Assembly: GCF_021869535.1 (NCBI RefSeq)
Contig: NW_026262723.1
Location: 92,318,001 to 92,382,000, forward strand
Length of the DNA: 64,000 bases
Reading direction: 5' to 3'
From: Mytilus californianus
Taxonomy: Eukaryota
Below are positions 38,818-50,187 of this stretch, piece after piece; position 1 is the first letter of the stretch, and every line of letters starts with the position of its first letter. The notes below the pieces were generated by a model, which was not told the DNA's origin, searched no databases, and saw nothing but the letters and a program-made list of their open reading frames with translations. A program made the translations under genes and the position numbers.

Positions 38818-40182
38818 ATTTTGTTAATGTTTTATGATTTTGACTTGTTAACTTTATATTCGTAATCGGACGATCATATTAATAGAAGTAAAACAATAAT
38901 TAAAGATTTGGTTTTAAGGTAAGAATACAGACCTTGAATGTCAAATAAAATTTTATCAATATTTTAAACGGTAACAGAGGACCAGGACCAAAACTAAAAG
39001 TACACTATAACTTTTCCTTTTTGGTAATTGGTCATACTAAATCTTTATCATACAACCGCTTATCTAAAAGGTTTGTCCGAATACCATAACAAATTTATAA
39101 GAATCCAAAGCACTACTATTATCATAATTCGGGTTCGATTTATCAGTGGATTTGGTTTTACTTTTAATCTAAAAAGTTTTTCAATCAGATAGAATGGCTA
39201 AAACATTAGAGGCTCTAGACAAGTTAGTTCTTAACCAATCATTGCATCGAATGTTACGATAATTCACATCTCTCGACAGTGTAAACGAAATGCGAGGCTT
39301 GGCGAGAGTTTCGATGTCGAGAGTAGAGGAACATCGTATTGTACGAGATTTGGTGGTGAAATCTGGTTTTTTTTAATGATCTACAAAAGGCGTGTTCTTT
39401 CTATTTGGTCATCGGACATGCTCAACTTTTTCAAGACGTCATAATAGCAAATTCCGAATAGAACCACCAAATTTGACTTCATTATTAAATTTTGACCAAT
39501 GAAGAACTCTGAAAAATTAAACGAAGCACACATTGATTACACAAAAAAATCAACCAGTCAAGGAAAGTATACATCAGCAAAGAATCAGAAAATATCTTTA
39601 TACACTTACGTCAGAGGTCAGTTTCTTGTATTTGAATTTTACTTACTTTTAATTGAAATTAGATTTTTTTTTACTATTCTCGAATTCATTGCTTTAAGAA
39701 ATATGGTAGGCTTCAATCATATTACATAACATTTTCAATGAGTGTGATTCAATAAAATCAAGTTTTCGGACTTCTCTATGAATGTACACATATAATTCCA
39801 CTTTTTGTCACCATTGACTATTACCTTAGATTGATAATAGAAGGATAATAAAATGAATTTTCCTAAAATATGATAAATAAACAGAGGTTTTGACTTCCTC
39901 ACCTAATCTACAGTGCTGTCGGCTAAGGTGATGCATCTGAAACTTTACGCAATTGTGTGTGATAATATAACCAATAGACTCCAAATGTTTAAAGGGTCCG
40001 ATGTGGATTAGAATGTTGTCATTTTTAATAGTATGTTTCATAAAAAAAAAATACCGAATTCAAAAAAGTGTACTGAAAGTAGACCCACTCTCCTTTTTGT
40101 GTGCAAAGTAACAGAATATGCAGGAAAACGCATAAATATTCCTAGTAGGATCAATCATGAAATATCATTTAATACCATATAC

Positions 40183-42180
40183 AAACTAGAGGCTCCAAGG
40201 AGCCTGAATAGCTCACCTGTCAATTTTGCATAAAAGTGATACAAGGCTGATTATGCAATGCGAATTTTTCAAATAGCTTCAATAAAAACGCAAAAAAGTG
40301 TTAAATCATCCTCCAAGGTCAATAACTCCTATAAGTAGTAGACTGACAATTTTAGGTATGTTGACTGATTTGTAGTTCGTGTCCACCTGAAAATTTTAGC
40401 TTATTACAGTTTCTCTCCATCTCCTATAAAAAAAAAGATATAGAGCTGTGCTAAGATTTCCACCAGAGTTCCAATGACGTGGATATAGTTTATGCAAAAA
40501 AAAAAAAACACAAAATGGTAACACATCATCATTCAAGGGCAATAACTCCTATAAGGAGTCAACTTACAATTTCGGACATGTTGACTATATAGTAGAACTT
40601 GTCCTGCTGGTCAGTTTTGCAGTTTTTTTCAACCTACTTCAATTTCTGCTAAAACACAAAAATGAGCAAAAATCTTCTTTCAAGGGCAATAATTCCTACA
40701 AGGAGTCAACTGACGATTTCGGCCATGCTAATCTATTTGTAGATTATGTCCTACTGATTATTTTTGGTATTGCGATTTCCCTTTATCTGTTATAGTTTTA
40801 AAGATAAAAGCCAAACTAGAGGCTCTAAAGAGCCTGTGTCGCTCACTTTCGTCTATATGCATATTCAACAAAGGACACTCTCCAACATTGTAGACGAGAA
40901 TAGAATTCATGACAAAAATCTCTGTTTTGTTGATCTTGCATTGCTGATCATTTAGTCTGTTTAGTTTCTCTCTATCTTCTTTGGTTTTTGCTCAAAACAA
41001 AAAAGAGGGTAAAAAATCTATAAAATTTGACTTGTTAGTAGATCTTGTCTTGCTGATCATTGTTGTTTAATTAAGTTTCTATCTACCTATTATAATTTTT
41101 ATCATATAAGACAAAACGAAAAAAAAAATGGTAAACATCGTCATTAAAGGGCAATAACTCCAATAAGGAGTTGTCGGATGATTTCCACCATTTGTCTTAA
41201 TTGTAGATCTTGTCTTGCTGATCATTTTTGCTTATTTAAGTTTCTATCTATCGATTACAATTTTTAAGATATAAGGCAAAATCGCAAAAATTGGTTAAGA
41301 TCGTCATCAAAGGGCTATAACTCTAATAAGAAGTCGACTGACGATTTCAACCATTAAACTTATTTGTAGAACTTGTCTTGCTGATCATTTTTGCAATTTA
41401 AAGTTTCTCTCTATCTATTGTAGTTTTCAAGATAGTAGGCAAAAATGAAAAAAATGGTAAAATTTGTCATTTAAGGGCAATAACTCCTATAAGAAGTCGT
41501 CTGACAGTTTTGACGTATGTGAACAATTGGTAGAGCTCAACATTGTGAACATTTCTGCCCTGTCAGATTTTCTCTATTTATAACGGTTTTCAAAATAAAA
41601 GACAAAACTTGCATTTTACCCCTATTTTTAGCCATGTCGGCCACCTTGGTTGGCAGGCGGGGTCATCAGACACATTTTTTAAACTAGATACCCCAATGAT
41701 GATTGTGGCCAAGTTTGGTTAAATTTGGCCCAGTAGTTTCAGAGAAGATTTTTGTAAAAGTTAACAGACGACGACGGACGACGACGACGGACGCCAAGTG
41801 ATGACAAAAACTCACTTGGCCCTATGGGCCAGGTGAGCTAAAAAAGGTGAAAATAGTCATTAAAGGGCAATAATTCATAATCAAATGTCGTCTGACAGTT
41901 TGGTCCGTATGAATGTTAGGCAGATTTTGACATTCTGAGCATTTCTGTCCTGTCAAATTTTCTAAAGCTATAACGGTTTACAAGATAATAGACAATACTT
42001 GAATTTTATCCTTTCTCCTTTTTTAGCCTTGGCAGGTTAACCCGGGTCATCGGACACATTTTTTAAACGAAATACCATAAGGATGATTGTGGCCAAGTTT
42101 GCGGGTTCCATCTGGTTCAGTAGCTTAGAGAAGAAGGTTTTTGTAAACGGACGAATGACGACGACACAAAAGACTCCAAA
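40183..42180. mobile_element. Cluster of nested or fragmented ACTAGAGGCTC...GTGAGCTAAAA HINE-like elements with ~160-bp AAGGGCAATAACTC units
   Basis: Start motifs AAACTAGAGGCTC at ~40183 and ~40812, end motif CTCACTTGGCCCTATGGGCCAGGTGAGCTAAAA at ~41810-41845; same termini as 27183-29880 but a different core unit. Confidence 0.65.
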
Positions 42181-42219
42181 TAAACCGAAAAAAAGTTAAC
42201 AAAAGAAGCAATCACGCAT

Positions 42220-42400
42220 AAACACAAATACAAACACAATCAAAATCCAGCATTCATGCACCGACCAATAAAAAAAGTCATTTTTAATCAGAACTGCTGT
42301 CGACTGGAACATACTTGAAGACAGAATAATGACAGTAAAGTCAACCGAAGGCTTTAAAGCGGCACTATATAGCTGTAACCGGGACTAATTGTGCTACGTC
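42220..42400 (+). mobile_element. CR1/L2-like LINE 3' end remnant
   Basis: RTAVDWNILEDRIMTVKSTEGFKAAL resembles the FFPRT..DWNxL.......FK..L C-terminus of CR1-group ORF2. Confidence 0.5.
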
Positions 42401-45010
42401 CCCGTTGTAATAAAGCCATGGGGGTTCTACAACATACCCATACAGATAAAGATACATGCAGATATGCACACGTAAAGCACTCACGTCTTGGATTTATAGA
42501 AGTTTACAATGAACTTGTGGTCAAATCAATTTGGAATTTAGTACATTTTCATTATGAAAAAAAAAAAAAAAAGCATTTATCAAATAAGAGTTGTGATCCA
42601 GATTTTACTGCTTACTGAATATGGAAATGTAATAGTACGAGCGGAGCATGGTAAAGTAAGTCTAAGAAACCAGTTAAATAAATTGCAACTTAAAAAAATC
42701 CTTTTTAGGCTTTGTATGTGCATTTCATACATGTATGTCTTTATTTCATTATTCTCATCCATCCCTAGAAGTATAAATTCTACATAAACATTTTCCCGTA
42801 TTCACATGTACTTTATCAATTTCAATGTGCATACAAAATTCCTTTATAATCCGAAATACCACACGATTACGTATACATGTATTTCACCTTAGCACATGTA
42901 TCGTAGGACAAGCCAGAAAACTGTCCCTCCTCTCCTAAAACACAAGTTCAATAATATAGAAATAATAAGATGCGACAAGCAGTAGAGCAAACAGTTATCG
43001 TGTCAAAGATGTTATTGAAAAAAATGTATGACAAAAATATAAAAGTATAAACAACTCATGACTGGAGGGAAATGAAGAAACGTTTACCGGACAATCACAT
43101 GATGAATTAATTCAACTACTGATAAAAGATGTTTACGCACTTGATATTCAATGTTATAGCTCCAGGCCCGTGTCTTATACAAAATAATAAAATATTTCAT
43201 TCTGATGTCAAGTCATATAAAGTGTAAAGACCCTTCGCTTCGATCATTAAAATAAATGTGTCATCAAAAAAGTTTAAGCCATGATTGTTCTAATTAAAAC
43301 ATATAGCCCATATAGGATTAAATCAAATAACTAATGGCAATTAATATGTATCTGACAAACTAATAAGAAATGCTCTAAATGGTACATATTGATTAAAATT
43401 TACTGTTAATGATTTATAATATTTTTTTATTGTTATAGCTCGACACCCTGTGATAAATACAGGATGAGAAAAACATCAAACAAGACCAATGCCGTGTCTC
43501 GGCTTGCGTTGTATCGTGCTGTTTGGAAGAACATATAACAGTGCTATAAAGATTGTATAAAAATTTAATAATAAGTTAAAGTTGCAACCAATCAAAATTC
43601 ACTTTCAGAAGTTTGCTCCTTTCCCACATGTGTTCAATCTGTGTGCAAAGTTTGAATAATGTTGAAGGCAATAAATTTGAAATATAGTTGGAAAAACTTG
43701 GTACCCCTATAATACTCAATGACAAAAATGATTAAGTTCTACACAACGGAAAACTCAAAATAATAATTCAATGCTGTCCAAGATTTTAGCATAGATGGGT
43801 ATTACATCTATGGTTTGAGCTAGGCGCACATTCTCAACCTATTTGCTATTACTGAGCAAAGTTTAAATAATGTCAACGGAAAGGTGTTAGAGCTACGTAA
43901 TTATGACAGAAACTAGCCTACCGTGGATCATGTGTGTTTCCTACAGACGGACGGAATAGAGTGGTAACTATACATGCTGTCACCTCTGGTAAACAGTAAT
44001 TAAACCCCTTCAGTGTGATCTGCAAATTCTGTCATGATAAAAGGCGACAAACTTGGACTGCCACTATAGAAAACTGAAGGAGACAAAAAATATTACCTGG
44101 CAAAAGAGTAATTGTAATGGTTCTTTTACACACAAAAAGGCGACTCTCCAAATACGAGGCATAGGATTTTACGTCCCAAAGTTGCGTAAATACTAGTTAA
44201 CAACATGCACAACAATTAAAACGGATACCCCCTACTGCCTGATGGGAGAAGTACAGAATACATTATTTCTATACCCAGTCAATTTTGATCAAGTTTGCCT
44301 ATAATTAGTTATGCAATGATTGCTCTTAATAAGGTAGTCATTCAAGTATGACATTGGATTCTAAGTCGTTCCTGTCCAGAAAATTTTCTAAAGATGCACA
44401 TTGGGTCCAATTTGACATTGCTGTAAATTGTTTTCTGCTTAATATATAGAAAGTAGCAGTAGCTATATCTTCATTCGCCGAGATGTGAGGACAACGTAAT
44501 TTTCAATTCCTCCTGTTCAATCTACTATCTCTATTTCATTATAGTCGACTGATATATGATTAATAAATCTCATAAATAGGTGTAAACATACAGATATTTC
44601 AATTTCTAGGTCAATTTGTAATAGCCTGTCCAATCTATAATATGATTACTGCAAAATGACCTGTCTACGCTTATTAACCTAGAAAGGACTATGAGAATAT
44701 TATGTTATTTTGTCGTGTAATGATCGTTAATGCTCTTTAATCACAGCAGTAGCTGGTTATAATCACCTCGAGGTTTCTATAATTTTACGGTACATGGTCA
44801 AGATATAACAATTTAAATGAAAAAATAATTAAATACACATTTCATACATACTTAATGCTTGTAATACTACCTACATTTCACTTCTTAGGTCAGATGACCA
44901 AGTTTACCCCTACGTACAACATTATTTTATATTAACTTAGGTCTGTCCTTCTTTTCTGTCTGTGAAGTATTTTGTAACATTTTGTGGAACTTTTTTGGAA
45001 TATACTAAAC

Positions 45011-46045
45011 ATGGGTTCTAATTATAATCTAACTCTACAGTGGAATCAAGATTATTACGACAAACTTCTTCCGAGTGTTTTTCTTCAAGGTGTTATCTTC
45101 CTATTTGGATTTATTGGAAACATAATTGTTCTTATGGTATATTTCTTTCGAATGAAAGCAAATCGAGACGACCGCTATTTCATTCCGATCTTGGCAGTTT
45201 TTGACCTAGTAGCTGGTACAGTGGCATCTGTGTTTTACGTATTGGAATCAATATATTTTGTAGATTTTCCATCAACAGGACTCTGTAAAGGTCTTCTTTT
45301 TGCAATGACAAGCACTTCCAGTTTGTCGGCATTGCTTCTTATAGCCATTGCCGTCCAAAGATATCTGAAAATATGCAAGCCACTAGCAGACCAAATGGAC
45401 GAAGCAAAACGAAAAATATGTCTTGCTGCTATAGTTATATTTTCTATTGTTAATTCGTGTCCTGTTTTACTCTTTTCTGGAAACAAATATATCGAAGGAG
45501 AATTCAACGGCTTGAACGTAACCGGATGGACGTGTTTTACTGGCTCTGGGAAATACCCAAACTATGAAGCAATTTATTATTACATTATATTCTTTTTAAT
45601 GGTAGCAAACATACTCACTATTGCATTTCTCTATATCCCTATTGGACTTCAGCTATATCGACATATAAAACTTAAGGATTTACGACGGCCAAGCATGGAC
45701 ATCGCTTCTACACAATTTGAATCTATATCGGAAAACAAACCAAGCGATGGAAGCACAGGTGAAATTACTCGCAAGAAATCTATGCACGCAAGCAAAATCA
45801 ATTTTAACAGCATGTTTTTGACCATTATTATACTCTATCTCGTTTCTTACACACCAACTTGTGTTTTTCTGATCATAAGTAAATTAAACCATGAACTTTG
45901 GTACAATATTTCTACAACAGAGATGATAATCTACTTTATTTTACAAAGATTCTATGTGATCAATCACGTGGTTAATCCGTTGATATACGGTTATTATGAC
46001 TTGAAATTTCGCAAAGATTTAGTCAGTCTTTTTCGTTGCTCATGA
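45011..46045 (+). CDS. Intronless class A (rhodopsin-like) orphan GPCR, CCK/orexin-receptor-like group, 344 aa
   Basis: Uninterrupted ORF from ATG 45011 (the track start at 44984 is a GTG); seven hydrophobic segments; GN (TM1), LAVFD (TM2), Cys at the top of TM3 and in ECL2 (WTCF), AVQRYLKICKP in place of DRY, SYTP (TM6), NHVVNPLIY (TM7), helix 8 DLKFRK, N-glycosylation sequon NLT. Confidence 0.93.
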   Translation: MGSNYNLTLQWNQDYYDKLLPSVFLQGVIFLFGFIGNIIVLMVYFFRMKANRDDRYFIPILAVFDLVAGTVASVFYVLESIYFVDFPSTGLCKGLLFAMTSTSSLSALLLIAIAVQRYLKICKPLADQMDEAKRKICLAAIVIFSIVNSCPVLLFSGNKYIEGEFNGLNVTGWTCFTGSGKYPNYEAIYYYIIFFLMVANILTIAFLYIPIGLQLYRHIKLKDLRRPSMDIASTQFESISENKPSDGSTGEITRKKSMHASKINFNSMFLTIIILYLVSYTPTCVFLIISKLNHELWYNISTTEMIIYFILQRFYVINHVVNPLIYGYYDLKFRKDLVSLFRCS

Positions 46046-47179
46046 TTCTTTGTTTATAAAGTGTTTTTGTACTTTTTTGTATATTTGTGTATACCATTGA
46101 AAACATTATAACAGTATAGTCTGTAACGAGAAATTATTCATTCGGTCAATGTTTAACAGTAAATTAACGATGAAAATATAAAAAGTTTCACTACTTACTA
46201 ATCTTCCAGTAAAGAAGCAATGAATGGAATATAGAGAGCAAATTTAATTAGATCAAATGGGACTATACATTTTCTTAAAAAATGCTTTCCAATTTAAAGA
46301 AAACAAATATAACAGTGTAAAAGGAGAAATTATCGACAATTTAAAAATAGAATAAGGAGATGTGGTATGATCGCCAATGAGACAACTATCCACCAGATGA
46401 CGTAGATGTTAGAAACTATAGTTCAACATACAGCCTTCAACAATGAGCAAAACCCATACCGCATAGCAAGCTATAAAAGGGTCTCGACACTATAAAATGT
46501 AAAACAATTCACACCAGAAAGCCAACGAAAAAGACTGTTTTACCAGAGACATATATAGTATTAAATATTATTCTTTATTTAAGAATGAAACACAAAAAGC
46601 AGATTATTAGGTCCATTAATAGATAACATATATTTATAGTGATAAGATTGTGGAGGGGGGTTAATTTATAAACGAAAAACTGAGTCTCACTGGTTATAAG
46701 GGTACGAAATAAACAAGCTTTAAGTTAAAGTGTATTACATGATTTTCCCGATCTATTTCTGTGCAATTACTATAGAAGTAAATACAAGATTAAACCAGAC
46801 CAAAGTATACGATTACTAGTATTTTCATTGCATGAGATATCGGAGAAACTTTTCAATACAATCAAAATGTTCTCTGCATGCGGTTCATTAAAGACTGAGA
46901 CTACTATAACGCAGTGTGTTATATAGTCTCCGTTAAAAATTTAATAGTTATAGGAGGTAACAGAAATATAAGAAAGGAAAAAAATTCTAAAGCAGAACAC
47001 AGAAATAACAAAATTAAAAAAAAAAGCAGATACGGAATCACCGGGTGTTAAAAGGGGAATCAACAATCGAAACCAACCGGACAATATCAAGAGCAACAAT
47101 ACAGATTTACGGCCAAACAAGTAAAGACGAATGCTTAAAACTTTGAAATCTTAATTTGGTAGTACGAATAAGTTCCCAC

Positions 47180-47470
47180 AAAAACTTGGATTAAATTAGG
47201 TGCTTCTGAAGGATAATCGTGTTTCATGCGACCCCAGCGTCTTGCTCATAGACCAAAGCCGGTTAAAGTCTAATTCGTTAAGGATCAAATTGATAAAAGA
47301 ACTTGAAACACCCAGAGGAAAATGTATACGGTAATTTGTATTATAATCCCTGATAACGATCGACCAAGTCATGACAGTTGGCTGAAATGATGTAGCTTCT
47401 TTAAGGAAGTCAATTTAGGATCCTATATTGCATGGACACACCTACTTGAAAAAGCCAACTGCAATACTGG
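47180..47470 (-). mobile_element. Heavily decayed Penelope-like 3' remnant
   Basis: Reverse strand CATGACTTGGTCGATCGTTAT (HDLVDRY) and surrounding degenerate similarity to the element at 14560-15075. Confidence 0.4.
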
Positions 47471-48214
47471 TATACATTGCTTCTCCTGAGAGAAAATATT
47501 TAGTCTTCATTTTATGCTTTTATCACGTTTGTCTTAATCAAGTTTTGCGGTCAATCTTTTGTCTATGACAAAGTCCCATTGAGATGTGTAGATTCCTGTC
47601 ATGGATTCGTTATACTTTTCCAATTTCCTCGTTTTCTGTGCAATGGTACTACTATGCACCATTTGTATCAGCATTGCCTCGATACTTTATATAATATCAT
47701 TTTCAGTGTTGCAAGGGATTGGATCATTATACTGTGAGATTTAGCAAACTTAATATATGCAATTTAATCCTGTATTTCTTTGAATAGTTGGTGCATATTT
47801 TGTGCAATTAGTTTGGTATAAAGAGTCGTTTTGAAATTCCGAAATCTTAAAAAATGAAATTATTATTGTTTTGGGGATAACGTTGTTTATTTTGCGGTAA
47901 AGATTTATCTATACACTTTTTCTGGAGTTGCTATAACGCAATGTTATAGTAATCTTAGAGTTTTTAAAGTCTGAGAATAGATTTCAAAATGTTTGTTCTA
48001 GTAATTGATAAAGTATCCATTATGTCTAATGGTGATGGATTCAGTATTGAAAAAAAAACAGGTGATGGGGTGCATGAACGGGTTGTGACATCAACTGATC
48101 AGGTGTTATGTTCACATTCCTACAAAATACAATTTGAATATCAAAGGAGTTATCACAATTTTGTATCTATTGTAAGTATTTCAATGAACGTCACTGTTGG
48201 TGACAATTGAAAAT

Positions 48215-48560
48215 ATAGAAATAAGGAGATGTGGTATGATTGCCAATGAGACAAATAGTCATTAAATTTCAAATAAGTGCATATAAGCAATTATAGGTCA
48301 CCGTACGGCCTTCAACAATGAGAAAAACCCATACCGTATAGTCGGCTAATTTATACCAATACAATTTACGAAAAACAAATATGACGGACATGAACAAACG
48401 AGAACCTCTGAACTATAGGCTTCTGACTTGGGACAGACACATAAAAAATGTGGCGGAGTTATAACATGTTTGTTAGCGCCCCCCCCCCCCCCCCCCCCTA
48501 ACCTGGGACAGTGGTGTAACAGCACAACATAAGATCAAACTGTAAAATCAGTCGCAATTG
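48215..48560 (-). mobile_element. SINE-like repeat, near full-length copy of 16870-17245
   Basis: GGAGATGTGGTATGATTGCCAATGAGACAA...CACCGTACGGCCTTCAACAATGAG...CTGACTTGGGACAG...TGTGGCGG...poly(C) 48479-48498. Confidence 0.7.
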
Positions 48561-48839
48561 GCTTTACTCAAAAGATTGGTACGTAGCAAAATAGCAACTA
48601 ATAGAACACAAATAGACACAAAGCACAGAAATAAGAGTACTCGTACTTACTGAAAGCTAGTTCAAAGCCAATTACAACTAATAGATAAATCATGCTCTCC
48701 AAGAATAAAGTATCAATCAGTTGACATCTAACGTATTTAGTGTAAAGACGTCACAAACAATCTGAAAAACACATGGCCTAGCTTGTGTAAATCAAAACAC
48801 TAGTAAACAGTATCGACTGGTTGTAGGATCATGCGTTCT

Positions 48840-49300
48840 CATCACTGCTTATATATAGCAATATATAATATTTTGTTATGTTTTAATTTTTCAAAAACAA
48901 ATCCAATGTTACGGTACCGATAAAACAATATTTAAAGATTGTACTACTGTGTTAAATTGACAACCTTTAAGAATAAGTATACCCAAAGTATCAATGAGTT
49001 TACATGGATCGTATCTAAATTTGTGGACTCTATAAACAACATCACCGCAAAAGTTAGGATGCGATATCCAGTTTTTAATAAGAATTATACAGGTACAGCC
49101 AAGCTTCCTAACCAAATCTTTGTATTCATGAAAGAATTCGGTAAAGGTTTAAATAATTTATGGTAACGAAATCCCTGACTTAATAATTTACCATTTATAC
49201 TTAAACTGCGTTCATTGACATCTAAAACGCGACTACAGACAAGGAAATGGTGAACAAGTTGAAGATTTATTAAACGAAAACGGACTATCATCCGTTTCTA
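48840..49300 (-). mobile_element. Second Penelope-like (Naiad-type) family, frameshifted RT C-terminal remnant
   Basis: VCSRVLDVNERSLSINGKLLSQGFRYHKL, then in another frame WISHPNFCGDVVYRVHKFRYDPCKLIDTLGILILKGCQFNTVVQSLNIV. Confidence 0.6.
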
Positions 49301-50187
49301 TCACTGTTTCGGATTCCAACCTGATGTCAGCCCCAAATGCCAGTAGATAGTGCTGACAGTACTGTTAATATATAAACGTTGATTTGATGGAATTATATCG
49401 TTGTACTTACACTAAGGTTGAAATCTGAAGGCAAAATTGACCTGTGACATTTTTGGCGTTTTTGTGTTTTAATTGATATTTTTGTCAGTTTGTTTTGACA
49501 ATACTTGGCTTCCCAAGATTAAGATGTAGCATATTCATGCAATGTTCTAGATCACAGAGATAGATCTGTTCATTCTGTTTTCCTTTTGTATTATTATGCT
49601 GTTTGGTTGTTGTCTCATTCGTGTTTATCCACATTTTATTTAGTAAGAGGTGATATTCTTCTACACATACGCTATGAATATGAACACCCTTTTATTGTCG
49701 TTTGTGTTATCATAGATATAATATCCTGGCTATTATGTCTATGGTGTTATAGATATTTTAAATGGGGAAAAAAATCTGTATTATTGCAGATTATTTCTTA
49801 TATGCTACTGCTATTTTACCGACCCTCTAGCTTTCAACAGATGGGATTTAGCTACAGCCAACTGTTAAAAAAAAACCTTTATACTTTATATAGGTATTTT
49901 TCAGAGACATATATATTACACATGTCTCTGGTATTTTTTAAGAGACATGTGCCTGTGGATTTAGCTGTGCGTTGTGGTGTAGTCATTCTTCGGGTTTTAG
50001 TTATAGTAGTTCGAGAAAAAACACATTGCTAACCTTGTACTTTCGGTTTTTACTTTCACTTTAAAATTGGAGAGTTTCACAACATTTCATGCAAGGTTTT
50101 TGTCTAGAAAAATCGAACTAATGTGTTATATAAAAGAAAATTGGTTTTATTTCTTCATTATTAAGTTTGTGATTGAAACAGTTTAAA

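Noticed and set aside
39647-39689. Candidate first coding exon for tepsin (MNSRIVKKNLISIK with GTAAGT donor)
   Set aside because: Ends in phase 1 and does not resemble the tepsin N-terminus; MDKVSFVNK at 36665-36639 fits and has an upstream in-frame stop. It could still be a non-coding exon.
45235-45507. 90-aa minus-strand ORF
   Set aside because: Antisense shadow of the GPCR coding sequence.
49586-50032. 148-aa hydrophobic ORF upstream of the ASCH-related gene
   Set aside because: Begins at TTG, hydrophobicity follows from T-rich DNA, and no recognisable domain or splice structure.
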